From Octopus vulgaris (Eukaryota): 64,000 bases of DNA. The notes under the pieces were generated by a model that saw nothing but the letters and a program-made list of their open reading frames with translations, had not been told where the DNA came from and did not search any database. A program made the translations under genes and the position numbers. The stretch is taken from NCBI GenBank assembly GCA_951406725.2, contig OX597819.1, forward strand, positions 109,058,001 to 109,122,000, given 5' to 3'. Shown here one piece after another: positions 40,895-53,857 of this stretch (position 1 is the stretch's first letter; each line of letters begins with the position of its first letter).

Positions 40895-42506
40895 CTGTAC
40901 AACAACATCAACAACAAAATGATTTAAGTAAATATTAACAGATCACCTCCACTGATCAATTCTTCTCCTCCTATGTTGTAAAATCATCCATTAATTATTC
41001 ATTTATAAAACCAGTTACCCAATATGTGCAAACAAGAGTCTATACATGGTTACTCAAGCTGATTTATATATGTAAAACCAAGCCTCTCTCAAATAACAGT
41101 TGATCATCTTCAAAAACTGGCTAACAATGTTTAATTTGAAACTCTGGCTCAATTCTTGAAAAAATTTTTTAATTACTATGTTTTGATTTTAAAATATTCT
41201 GTAAAACATATATCAAAAGCATGCACTCAGTCAAATCCAAACTAGATTCATGATTAACTTAAGAGAATTTTTTGCTATGTCAACTAACGTAAAAGAAGTT
41301 TATGAATCTATATACTAAAAGATGTGACCTATTTCCCCTTCACTTTGTCTATATCAACCACACCAAACAGAAGCTCTCTCCTTTACCCCACCAATAAACA
41401 CATCCAAATGAATTCTAATTACATGAACAGCATTTAAAGGTTTTGCAGATGAAACTGAAAAACTTCTCGTCAGGCATTGGTCTTCTGAATAACTGTATGT
41501 ATTCATTTGGACAATTTCTATCTCTGTTCTCCATCTAAGGACTCTTACTTAATAGGACTAGATATACACCATGTGGATGGGTATTCCTCCACACACATCT
41601 TTGCTAACACCTCATATTGTTCTTTTCTTTATTCCATTATTGTTAATAAAGTTGTTATAACACATATCGATTACTTTCTCCATTTCCTTTGGCCTACATT
41701 ATGAATAAGGGTTTAGGAATAATTACCCTAATCTGCCTATGAGATCTAGTATAGGCTTCAATCCAGCTTACAAAGCCAAACAATTTTAACATCTCCAATG
41801 TAACCTTTCATGCAGTAACCTTAAATAGATGGCAGAACGATCACAGCTGAAATATCTCTGATCATAGTTCAGCTTGATCAGGGCTGATCTGGGATTAAAC
41901 ACCAATTTTGTTTAAACTAGTTGCAAACCATGCCAGAAATAGCAACATGATCTCGCTCAAAAGGAAAAAAGGGACAAATTAGATAATGGATAACATAATC
42001 AAAATACAATATGTCTAAATAAGAAATGGAAGCAAAATAGCTGGAACACCTTACATCATACATTTGACAGATGAGGGTGAGACAATAATGATACTACACT
42101 GACACAAAATAGCTATTCCACCATTCATGATTACTAATAGGAAGATGAATGTAAAATGGAAAGGAAAAGTGATTGTAAGACATGCTTCAATAAATTTGGA
42201 TATTTCCATATCAACTGTCAAAGGAAGTGATTTTTACAGCCAGCTGTCTAGCTGTGTTTTACTCTCTCTTTCTTTCTGAATGTATTTTTACCATTCACCA
42301 AACTATCAAATGGCATAAATCACCAACATTTTTATTAAGTTTGATGAAACATATACGGATGTGATTTCAAACAACAAAAAAAAAACTTTCAACTATAAAA
42401 AAACCCCTTCATGTTATCCATGTTAGGTTCAGCAGATTTGAAGTGAGAGATGTGAAATAAGAGGGTGAGAGAGTGAGTTGATAAATAAGTAAGAGTAACA
42501 ACTTAC

Positions 42507-42599
42507 TCTGAGCTTTTTCCTGATTTTAGCTTCAGCAACCTTCTTTATAGGCCGAGCATCAACTTCTTTCATCTGCTTTTTGTATTCTTCCATTTCAGC
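42507..42599 (-). CDS. FTSJ3: FTSJ3/SPB1 exon
   Basis: ttcag|AEMEEYKKQMKEVDARPIKKVAEAKIRKKLR|gtaagt; hallmark ARPIKKVAEAK motif. Confidence 0.96.
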
Positions 42600-43718
42600 C
42601 TGAAACAAACAACAGCATCAAAACATATAATAGCAATAACTGTAGTATTGAAAGGTTACACCAGGTCAGTCACTTCTCTATACAACCACTTAATAATTTA
42701 ATGATGATCATTTTCTCAGCTCAGTTGTACACTTAATTCATTTTCAATGGATCATTCACAACCACTTACTTGCCAGCATCTACATACCGATATTGAATAC
42801 CAAAGCAACAAGCTGGCCTCTGTGCCGATGGCACGTTAAAAACACCTTTCAAGCATGATCGTTACCCGCGTCGCCTTACCAGCACTTGTGCTGGTGGCAC
42901 ATGAAAAAAAAAACAAAAAGCATTCAAGCGAGGTCATTGCCAGTGCCGCTGGACTGGCTCCTGTGCAGGTAGCACATAAAAAGCAACATTTGAGCATGGC
43001 CGATGCCAGTACCACCTAACTGGCACATAAAAGCACCCACTACACTCTTGGAATGGTTGGCATTAGGAAGGGCATCCAGCTGTAGAAACTCTGCCAGATC
43101 AGATTGGAGTCTGATGCAGCCATCTGGTTCACCAGACCTCAGTCAAATCATCCAACCCATGCTAGCATGGAAAGTAGATGTTAAATGATGATGATGATGA
43201 TGCCAAGCAGAATTTTATACTCATTATAAGATAGGTATTATTAATAATAATAATTGCTTCAAATTTAAGCATAAGACCAGCGATATTAGGGGTAGGAGGT
43301 TAGACGATTATATCAATTCCAAATTTTGGCATGAGGCCAGCAATTTCAAGGAGTGGGTAAGTCAATTACATCAACCCTAGTGCTCAACTAGTACACTGGT
43401 ACTTATTCATCAACTCTGGAAGGATGAAAAGCAAAGTCAACCTCAGCAGAATTTGAACTCAGAATGAAAAAGGGAGATGAAATGCAGCAAAACATTTTGC
43501 CTGGCATGCTAACGATTCTGCCAGCTTGCCACCTTAATAATAATGATGATTTCAAATTTTGGCACAAGGCCTGAAAGTTCAGAGTACAGGGTTAATTGAT
43601 TACATTGACCCCAAGACTCAACTGGAACTTGTGCTAACGATTCTGCCAGCTCACCATCTTAATAATAATAATAATAATAATATGAGAAAGAATATGAAAA
43701 GCAAATTAATGGTCTTAC

Positions 43719-43803
43719 TTTTGTGACTGGAACATTCTTTCTTGCATGTTTTTCTTCTTCTTTCAAGAACCAGCGTGGTAAGTTGGGGTCATCATACATG
43801 AAT
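43719..43803 (-). CDS. FTSJ3: FTSJ3/SPB1 exon
   Basis: attag|-FMYDDPNLPRWFLKEEEKHARKNVPVTK|gtaaga; LP.WF..EE..H...PVTK motif. Confidence 0.94.
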
Positions 43804-44732
43804 CTAATAAGATACAAACAGATTTAGTGAAAAGAAGTCCATCCTAGTATGATGGTCATGACAATATAATTGGTGGACACAGGATTACAACAAATACTTT
43901 AGGCAAAGGCATAGTTAGCACTTGTAGTTATTGTTGTTACCATTCTTTTTTAGATAACATATTTAAGACTACATTACAAAACATATCGTTCCCTTTACTT
44001 TTAAGCCAATGTGATTTCAAAATGATTTGGCTGCCATTTTGAGCAGGCTCAGTGATCAAATACAAATAATACTGAATATGAAGAAACCTGTACATCAGGC
44101 AAGCCACACCACTAAAAAAGTTCAAGGTAATTTTGCATTGGGCATGCCATTCAGAAAGTCCCTACAGCCACAGTTTGCCCATGATTGTTCTACATCAGTG
44201 GTTCTCAATCGAGGTCCACACAAAATAGTAAATTAAGGATCCACAATAGTGTTTTAAGGGACCCTGAAAAGAATTTTGCTTTAGATTAATGTACTGGTAT
44301 GAATTGCAAGAAACAGCTAACTTTCTCTAACATTTTATATAGTTCAATCTATACAAAGCAATGTATGGAAAATCAAAACAGGTAAAACTAGTTTTTAAAC
44401 ACTGAATGGCAATGGGGGTCCACCAGAATAAAATAGTAATCAAAGGGGTCCACAGGTAAAAAACGATTGAGAACCCCTGTTCTACATGATTGTGCAACAT
44501 GTTATAAATAGTAACCTACTGCCCTTCAAATCACATCTAATTGTCTTAGGAAGAGAACATATTAGATAATGTAAACCTAATCCTAGTCCATGTATAAAAA
44601 AGAGAGGATGGCCATAGCTGGAATGAGTTTGATCAAAAACCAGATCAGGGCTGACTTGGGGACAAAACAACAGACTTGTACTCACAGAAAAACACACTGT
44701 TGATTAAGAAACAACACTGGGGTGTTACTTAC

Positions 44733-44829
44733 TTGTGATATCCTGATTCAATAACTTCACGACGCTGCTTCTTGGAATGTACCATCTTAGCAGCAAGGGC
44801 AAGACCTTCTGGATCCAGTTCTGGTGCCA
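44733..44829 (-). CDS. FTSJ3: FTSJ3/SPB1 exon
   Basis: actag|-APELDPEGLALAAKMVHSKKQRREVIESGYH-K|gtaagt; LDPEGLAL motif. Confidence 0.94.
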
Positions 44830-45954
44830 CTAGTAATTAATAAATCAAACAAACTTCTTTAAAATCTCATTCCTGCACCAAACTACATGCATGCATATAC
44901 ACACACAAAGAGACAGAAGCAAATTGGAAAAGTCATTAGTGTGTTGGATAGAATATTTTACAGTATTTGTTCGGATTCTCTGGATTCTGAGTTCAGATGC
45001 CATCAAAGTTAACTTTGTCTTTTCATTATTTTGAGGTTATAAATAGTGTTACAAATCAAGAAAGCTTTAGATGAACCAGTGTAGAAGTGAATAGTTCATA
45101 GCCTGGCAGACATTGGGTTCAACAACCCTACTTAGGACTTGAGATTCGATTGTAGAGACCACTCAACTGCAAGATGACAGACCTGATTTCAGTCAGACAA
45201 TAGTTCCTTAACTAGTTCCCATCAGTCTTAGACACTCTGATATGGGTCAGAGACAGTGCAATTCCTCACTCTGACCAATCCATGAAAAATATTTTTAATA
45301 TAAAAAAAGAAAGATTCCCTTTACATGTCATGTCCCTAGGATCTAATTAAGAGATCATTAATGTAACCACAGCCAAGAGTAGCTGGAAAGAATTTCAAGC
45401 TTCTCTTTTTAGCGTAAAGGCTTCCACATAGTGGTTCCCTTTCATATATATATATATATATATATACCAGAGGTAGACCTTTATGACTTAAATGGCTTTG
45501 GTCAATATTCTGAGGCAGTCATTGTCTCCTAAATAATACTGGATCTAAATTAAGGACTATCACTATGCATAATTCCAGGTTTTAAAGCCACATTCATAAT
45601 ATCAAATACATGTTGACCAAACTGTGAGATACAAAGAAACATATACTTGATAACCATGCATTCGCGCAGACAAATATGCAAATATAAGAAGAACAATGTA
45701 TGCCCCGTGTACCTCTCTCCTAATTTAAATGTCTGTTTAACCCTTTTGATACCAACACACCTGAGACCACTCTTAATCCATGGTACAAATTTCCTATTTT
45801 AAAGCAAGCAAAATTTCGTTTTAATTTATTTTCCAAGGCAATAGAAATATAGTAACACAATGGTTAAAACATCAGGTTAACTAAGCAGGTATGCAGTGGA
45901 TCAGTAAACAAAAATTCATATAAATGTAACATGTGAAGAATAATACATCTATGC

Positions 45955-46090
45955 AAATGTATGATGCATGTGAAGTCTTTTGCCATTCCAATAAAAACCA
46001 GAAGACACAAAAAGCAGCATCACATTAATATAGCATCTAGCTTTCCCCCCAACAATGACATAGAGGTCAGAGTGGGTCTACAGAGATGCC
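45955..46090 (-). ncRNA. H/ACA box snoRNA copy 1 (SNORA58-like)
   Basis: GCAUCU...AGAUGC hairpin, H box AUAUUA, UGAUGC...GCAUCA hairpin, ACA plus 3 nt; intronic and sense to FTSJ3. Confidence 0.8.
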
Positions 46091-47776
46091 ACTCACATAC
46101 ACACACTAACACAGATATTTATTGCAATACCAAAACATAACTTGTTTGGGGCTCGTGCCAGTGGAATGTTAAAAGCACCATCTGAGTGTGATTGTTGCCA
46201 GGGCCACTGATTGGCTCCTGTGCCGGTGGCACATAAAAAGCACCATTTGAGCGTGATCATTGCCAGCATCGCCTTCCTGGCATATGTACCAGTGGAATGT
46301 GAAAAACATTTGAGAGTGGTCATTGCCAGTGCCGCCGAACTGCCTCCCGTGCAGGTAGCAAAAAACTCCTTTTGAGCATGGTCGTTGCCAGAACCACCTG
46401 ACTGGCCCTCGTGCCGGTGGCACGTAAAAGCACTCACTACACTCTTGGAATGGTTGGTGTTAGGAAGGGCATCCAGCGTAGAAACTTTGCCAGATCAGAC
46501 TGGAGCCTGTTGCAGCCTTCTGGCTCACCAGTCCTCAGTCAAACCATCCAACCCATGCCAGCATGGAAAGTGGACATTAAATGACAACGATGATGATGAT
46601 GATGTTAAAAGGTCTCTTGGTTCAAAACAAAGAGATAAACACTATAGGAATCCATAAAAGAGAATCACTACATTAGTGGACAACTGACCAAGGCACCAAT
46701 GGTTATTCTCTTACATTCATACAATGTTGTTTCAGAGATACAATGTAGTAATGTTTGAAAGAGAATAACCATTGATATCTTGGTCAATTGCCATATCATG
46801 GCAATATTTCATTATTGCAAGTACCAGCAACAATATCTGACCAACTGTATTAAGGCATAGACATGGTTGTGTGTTTAAGAAGTTTGCTTCCCAACCACAT
46901 GGCTTCGGGTTAAGTCCCACTGCATGACACCTTAAGCACATCTACTATAGCCACAGGTCGACCAAAGATTTAAGAGTGGATTCAGTAGCTGGAAACCAAA
47001 AGCTCAATGTGAGTATATGTGTATATGTATATATGTGTGTATGTTTGTGTTTCCTTGTTTTGACATTGAAGATAGTTCTAAATGCATATCACTGTCACAC
47101 AAGCAGTACCATTCATTTCCAATATTTTCTGGAAAACATGTCTGGCCATGGGGAAATATTAATTTGCTTAGAAACAGGAAGATCTGTTGAGAATCCACCT
47201 TAATAAACTCCATCTGACCCATGCAGGCACGGAAAAGTGGATGTTAAAATGAGGATGATGATGTATTATAGACTTAAGCATCATTACTTTTTAAAATGAC
47301 CTTAAGTATAACTTCTGGTGTTTGCAGTCCTTCACAGACCCTTAATCTAAAATCTAATGTACTGTATGACACCTAAGTTACTAGATCCAAACTCTGGTAT
47401 GTATGATGTCACTAAAGATATCTCACTTCAAATTTTCCCCCAAAGAAAGTTCTAACTTTATATGCAGCATCTACATGTTATAATTCTTAAGAACTAATTT
47501 ATCTCTTATAGGTGTCTAGTTCTGAGATCATTAATGTAACCAAGACCAGAAGCAGTTGAAATGACTTGCAGCTCAGTACATATAATACTCTGTGCAGTTA
47601 TAAAGTTTGCTGTCATAAGAGCATTTTAAAGCAAAAATTCTCAGTCTAGTGATGTGTTTAACTATGTTGGATCTAAATAATCAGACAGTCAGAATGTCCA
47701 AAGTAGTTGTTGCTTATGATCTTTTCAAAATCTGAGGCTGCTACTGTGACAAAACTTTGAGCAGACACACACACAC

Positions 47777-48153
47777 TTACTTGTACTTGTGGCAACATTC
47801 ACCCTGGGCGGGTTGAGTCGGCTTCTTCTACTCATGGAAGAAGTTTCGTGGGAATATGTGGATTTCACAAGCGGTCCCCAACAATCCCGCATGTAGAGAC
47901 ATCCCGTTTGCCGCAGATTGTCCGCAGACACAGGAACAGAACGACCGAGGAGCCGCCGGTTGCCGAAGCAGACACTCCGAGGATTTTCACCAGAGCCCCG
48001 TCTGCCAGGTTGTGGCCTTAATACCACTCGGTGTCAGACCAATCCACCTTGGGTGGCCCTACCAGGAACCGAAGTTCCCGACGGCATAGCTCTGACACTA
48101 CCTGTTGCCAGCGTCCCCATCATGGTGAGGAGGGGATGGACTTTGGGGACGCG
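47777..48153 (-). mobile_element. GC-rich RTE-like 5'UTR-derived insertion in (CA)n
   Basis: GCTATGCCGTCGG...GGTAGGGCCACCCAAGG motif; CpG-rich; GACACACACACAC on both sides. Confidence 0.5.
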
Positions 48154-48420
48154 ACACACACACACATATGAATGATTGTAAAATAATACATCACAGGCAT
48201 GGCTGTGTGATAAAAAGCTTGCTTCCCTACCACATGGTTTCAGGTTTAGTCCTACTGTGTGCACCTTGGGCGAATGTCTTCTACTATAGTCCTGGATCAA
48301 CCAAAGACTTTTGAGTGGATTTAGCAGACAGAAACTGAAAGAAGCCTGTTGTGTACACACACACACACAAGATTACTCAATATTTTTTGGAGAGTATATA
48401 CATACTTATTACACTTTAAT

Positions 48421-48531
48421 AAGAACAGTGTTGATAGGGACTTCAAACTTTCAGCCTGCTTAGCCTTCATTGGACTATCTGATGAAGGCTAAACAGGCCA
48501 AAAATTTGAAGTTACTGTCAACACTATTCTT
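48421..48531. repeat. ~52-bp-arm inverted repeat with decayed hammerhead core
   Basis: 48421-48472 pairs with 48479-48531; arm consensus CTGATGAAGGC...GGC(C/T)GAAA. Confidence 0.55.
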
Positions 48532-48691
48532 GTTGAAAAGTAATCTCTCTCTCTCTCTCTGTACATACATGCATGCATGTGTCTGTCCAGTTTTGTCACA
48601 GCCCTGTCTCCTTGCCTTGGCATCACATGTTAATTATAAGTGTCACCATCATGCAAGCATAGCAAAATAGGCATTAGAACAATGATGATGA

Positions 48692-48826
48692 GAATGTATG
48701 ACACATGTAACATCTTGTGTCATTCCAATAAAAACTAGAAGACACAGAAGCAGCATCACTTTAGTATAGCATCCAACTTTCCCCCCAACAATGACATAGG
48801 GGTCAAGGTGGGTCTACAGGGATGCT
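48692..48826 (-). ncRNA. H/ACA snoRNA copy 2
   Basis: Same fold; basal stem GCAUCC/GGAUGC; H box AUACUA; ACA box. Confidence 0.78.
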
Positions 48827-49348
48827 AAACATATCACTAATGAAATAATGTAGAAACGTCTAACATATTCAGATGAAATCCAAAGGATTTTAGAAGTTAA
48901 AAAAGATCCAAACATAGACTAAGTGTGTCTTACACGTTTGCAGGTGAGCAAAAATGCTTGAAACAATATGAAAATGTACATTGAATAGATAGATTGGTAA
49001 ATCTTATGATGCCTACATGTACCATGCAGGACACAAATCTAATATTTTATGTTCAGTGTACTAACTCTCAGCTCCAATATCTGATATGCAGTAAAGAGCA
49101 ACTGATATTTAATGTATATTCTGCACTGGAAGGGAAGCTTCCAGTGTAGAATGTACCTATATATCATGGCCTAGATTCTGGAGGTCATGTAATATTTTTA
49201 TGGCTTTAGTTTGACTTTAACATGGGTCTTTACAAAAGATGACTCTAGACATTTCTAGATTGAAAACTTGTGTGTTAGGTTGGCTGTCCTATAATGCTTA
49301 ATGATGTACACAATTATATGTCTCAGGGGAAAAATACTTCTCTGTAAA

Positions 49349-49484
49349 CAATGTATGATACATGCAACATCTATTGTCATTCCAACAAAATCTAGAAGAC
49401 ACAGAAGTAGTATCACATTTAATATAGCATTCAATTTTCCCCCCAACAAAGACACAAGGCTCAGGTTGGGTCAACAGAGATGCC
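49349..49484 (-). ncRNA. H/ACA snoRNA copy 3 (pocket variant CUGUUGA)
   Basis: H box AUAUUA and ACA intact; guide substitution. Confidence 0.7.
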
Positions 49485-49880
49485 ATATACTCAAACAGTT
49501 ACAAGCCTACCACAGAAACTTTTAAGTACTTCAAATAATATTTAGAGGTTTACAGGTGTCTAAGTTAAGAAACCAAAACAGAAAACAAAAGTTAATACAT
49601 CAGGTTACTAGGAACACCCAGACAGGCAGTCATATGTTTTTAATATCTTTATGCACTTAGTTTAGTCTTAAAAAAGATGACACCAGATATCTCCAGAGTT
49701 GAAACATGCCTGTTGGGTTGGTTATGTCTTACATAGGTAACTGATGTCCATATGTTTTGATGGAGTTGGGGAAAGTGTTGTCCTCCAGTGGACCAGATCC
49801 TGTTGAACCATCCAACTCATGCCAGCAAGGAAAGCAGAAGAAGAAATGTATGACTGTGGAGAATAACACTTCCTTGAGAA

Positions 49881-50015
49881 CAGTGTATGATGTATGTGAT
49901 ATCTTTTGCCATTCTAATAATAACCAGAAGACACAGAAGCAGCATCATTTTAGTATAGCATCCAATTTTCCCCCCAACAATGACATAGGGGTCATGGTGG
50001 GTCTACAGGGATGCT
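49881..50015 (-). ncRNA. H/ACA snoRNA copy 4
   Basis: H box AUACUA, ACA box, both stems present. Confidence 0.76.
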
Positions 50016-50540
50016 AAACATATCACTAATGAAATACTGTAGAAACTTATAACATATTCAGATAAAATTCAAAGGATTTTAGAAGTTAAAAAAAGATCCA
50101 AGCATAGACTAAGTGTGTCTTACACGTCTGCATGTGAGCAAAAATGCTTGAAACAATATGAAAATGTACATTGAATAGATAGATTGGTAAATCTTATGAT
50201 GCCTCCATGTACCATGCAGGACAACAAATCTAATATTTTATGTTCAGTGTACTAACTCTCAGCTCCAATATCTGATATGCAGTAAAGAGCTAGTGATATT
50301 TAACGTACATTCTACATTGGTAGGGAAGCTTCCAGTGTAGAATGTACCTATATATCATGGCCTAGATTCTGGAGGTCATGTAATATTTTTATGGCTTTAG
50401 TTTGACTTTAACATGGGTCTTTGCAAAAGATGACTCTAGACATTTCTAGATTGAAAACTTGTGTGTTAGGTTGGCTGTCCTATAATGCTTATTGATGTAC
50501 ACAATTATATGTCTCTGGGGGAAAAATACTTCTCTGTAAA

Positions 50541-50676
50541 CAATGTATGATACATGCAACATCTATTGTCATTCCAATAAAATCTAGAAGACACAGAAGG
50601 AGTATCACATTTAATATAGCATTCAATTTTCCCCCCAACAAGGACACAAGGCTCGGGTTGGGTCTACAGAGATGCC
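50541..50676 (-). ncRNA. H/ACA snoRNA copy 5
   Basis: H box AUAUUA, ACA box; paralog of copy 3. Confidence 0.72.
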
Positions 50677-51113
50677 ATATACTCAAACACAGTTACAAGC
50701 CTACTATAGAAACTTTGAAGTACTTTTAAATAATATTTAGAGGTTTACAGGTGCCTAAGTTAAGAAACCAAAACAGAAAACAAAAGTTAATACATCAGGT
50801 TACTAGGAACACCCAGACAGGCAGTCATATGTTTTTAATATCTTTATGCACTTAGTTTAGTCTTAAAAAAGATGACACCAGATATCTCCAGAGTTGAAAC
50901 ATGCCTGTTAGGTTGGTTATGTCTTACATAGGTAACTGATGTCCATGTTTTGAGGCAGTTGGGGGGAAAGTGTTGTCCCTTAGTGGACCAGATTCTGTTG
51001 AACCATCCAACCCATGCCAGCAAAGAAAGCAGACATTGATTGATGTGGAGAAGGAAGAGTGATGATGATGATGAAGAAATATATGACTGTGGAGAATAGC
51101 ACTTCCTTGAGAA

Positions 51114-51248
51114 CAGTGTATGATGCATGTGATATCTTTTGCCATTCTAATAATAACCAGAAGACACAGAAGCAGCATCAAATTAATATAGCATTCAATT
51201 TTCCCCCCAACAAGGACTCGAGGCTCAAGTTGGGTCTACAGAGATGCC
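51114..51248 (-). ncRNA. H/ACA snoRNA copy 6
   Basis: H box AUAUUA, ACA box; mosaic of copy 5 and copy 4/7 types. Confidence 0.72.
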
Positions 51249-51528
51249 ATATACTCAAACACAGTTACAACCCTACTATAGAAACTTTTAAGTACTTTTA
51301 AATAATATTTAGAGGTTTACAGGTGTCTAAGTTAAGAAACCAAAACAGAAAACAAAAGTTAATACATCAGGTTACTAGGAACACCCAGATAGGATGACAC
51401 CAGATATCCATAGAGTTGAAACATGCCCGTTGGGGAAAAAGTTGTCCTCCAGTGGACCAGATCCTGTTGAACCATCCAACCCATGCCGGCAAGGAAAGCA
51501 GACATAGATTGATGTAGAGAAGGAAGAG

Positions 51529-51559
<31 letters not shown>

Positions 51560-51597
51560 GAAATGTATGACTGTGGAGAATAACACTTCCTTGAGAA

Positions 51598-51734
51598 CAG
51601 TGTATGATGCATGTGATATCTTTTGCCATTCTAATAATAACCAGAAGACACAAAAAGCAGCATCACATTTAATATAGCATCCAATTTTCCCCCCAACAAT
51701 GACATAGAGGACAGAGTGGGTCTACAGAGATGCC
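51598..51734 (-). ncRNA. H/ACA snoRNA copy 7
   Basis: H box AUAUUA, ACA box; basal stem with U-G wobble; 5' hairpin closest to copy 1. Confidence 0.78.
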
Positions 51735-52335
51735 ACACATACATTGTTATTGCAATACCAGAAAACACTACCACTCTATACATTAAAATAACATGCAGGA
51801 GAATATAGATATCTTGGTTTAACCCGTTAGCATTTAAACCAAGCAATACCTGGCTCAAATACTCTATGTGTTTTACATTCAAACTGGCCAGATCTGGTCT
51901 CTCATATCCACCCTATCAAAATCTCTTATTTACAAGACAATGCATGATTAATTCAGAACAATGTGAACAAATAAGCATTACATTGGCCAGAGTAATTCAT
52001 CATCATCACGATCAACACTTAACATCCATTGTCCATGCAGGCATGGGTTGGATGGTTTGACCAGGGCTAGTAAGTTGAGGGGCTGCACCAGACTCTAGTC
52101 TGATTTGCCATGGTTTCTTTGACTGGATGCCCTCTGAATGCTACAGGGTTAAAATGATGGCAGAAACCTTAAGCCCCTTAGGTTCTAACATTTGGGGTCA
52201 TGTACTTTACAGGTCCCTATGATTCAACTTCTGGTGTCCATGTGCACTACAGGACTTTATTAAACTCATGTCTTTCCTAGTATGACCACAGAGTTACACA
52301 ATAGTAAAACACTAGATGCTCATATATTGTATGTA

Positions 52336-53053
52336 CAGGGTGCGATGTGTAAACTGTCGCCATTTTATATTTTTAATTTTGCACATGCACATTGTTTGTT
52401 TTTGATTTTGTCAACTAGACAGTATAGTAGGGTCAGTTAGGCACCGTCTGTGAGAAAAAACAGCACTGTGATGCAATTCACTCTGCCAGAAATATGGAAA
52501 AGACATGCTTTATTGCTTGGAATTTGTGCCGGAAGCTCTAATACAAACATTTCAGAGTGTTTAGGTGTCAATCTGAGGACAGTGCAGAGGATTCAGAAAA
52601 AGTTGGACAAGTTTAATGGTGATTATGAAGGTACGGCAGCTCAGAAAACTCACTCTGATCGTTCCGATAAGAAAAGAAATCCTGAATTTGTTGGTGAGAT
52701 CCAGGCCATGACTGACAATGATCCCTTCAAGTCAATCAGATCCATCACAAGGGACATGGGAGTGTCTGAGTTTCTTATCAAGCAGGTAGTGCATGAAGAC
52801 ATTCGGTATTCCTCATACAAGATGAGAAAGGGCCAATTTTTATCCCAAGCCATCAAGGACAAGAGGAAAGACCGTGCTTCACAACTTTTGAACAAACACA
52901 AGCATTCCTTCCAACCAAACATGCTTTGGTTTTTCTCAGACAAGAAAAATTTCTGTTAAGATCAGATAGTGAACATACAAAACAACCATTGGTTTGCCAT
53001 GTCCTCAAATTATGTACCAAGAATGATAAAAATCAAACATCCAGTCAGCATCA
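52336..53053 (+). mobile_element. Tc1/mariner (maT, DD37D) fragment: left TIR plus N-terminal transposase
   Basis: TA|CAGGGTGCGA end; ORF 52450-52959 with HTH-like ISECLGVNLRTVQRI and first catalytic motif WFFSDKKNF; truncated. Confidence 0.8.
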
Positions 53054-53161
53054 TTGTTGTAAGCAGAATCAAAAGAAGTTGTAATAAAATACAGGCTCCT
53101 CTAGATATAAAGGCTACAGTTGATAAAGCAAGTAGAACCACCAGAAGTTGGGACAACTGAC

Positions 53162-53857
53162 AGCAGCTAGTAATCAATAGTGAGATTAGGCATGGCTGTA
53201 TGGCTTAGAAGTTTACTTTCCAACCGTGTGGGTTTGAGTTGTCTCATTATTTGACATCTTGAACAGGAATAGCTTCAGGCCAACCAAAGTTTTATGAGTA
53301 AATATAATAAACAGAAACTAAAAAAGCCTGTCGTGTGTGTGTATCTCCTTGCTTTGACATCATGTGATAATTGTAAACAAGATTCACCATCATAGCAGCT
53401 AGTAATCAATAGTGAGATTAGGCATGGCTGTATGGCTTAGAAGTTTACTTTCCAACCGTGTGGGTTTGAGTTGTCTCATTATTTGACATCTTGAACAGGA
53501 ATAGCTTCAGGCCAACCAAAGTTTTATGAGTAAATATAATAAACAGAAACTAAAAAAGCCTGTCGTGTGTGTGTATCTCCTTGCTTTGACATCATGTGAT
53601 AATTGTAAACAAGATTCACCATCATAGCAGCTAGTAATCAATAGTGAGATTAGGCATGGCTGTATGGCTTAGAAGTTTACTTTCCAACCGTGTGGGTTTG
53701 AGTTGTCTCATTATTTGACATCTTGAACAGGAATAGCTTCAGGCCAACCAAAGTTTTATGAGTAAATATAATAAACAGAAACTAAAAAAGCCTGTCGTGT
53801 GTGTGTATCTCCTTGCTTTGACATCATGTGATAATTGTAAACAAGATTCACCATCAT
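53162..53857. repeat. Near-identical 232-bp tandem triplication of a decayed SINE segment
   Basis: AGCAGCTAGTAATCAATAG starts at 53162, 53394 and 53626. Confidence 0.92.

Larger units (their letters stand above)
48692..51734. repeat. Recent tandem duplication block (~1.19-kb unit twice plus a shorter unit) carrying snoRNA copies 2-7
   Basis: Spacer 48827-49348 repeats at 50016-50540; spacer 49485-49880 repeats at 50677-51113 and, with a deletion, at 51249-51597. Confidence 0.9.
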
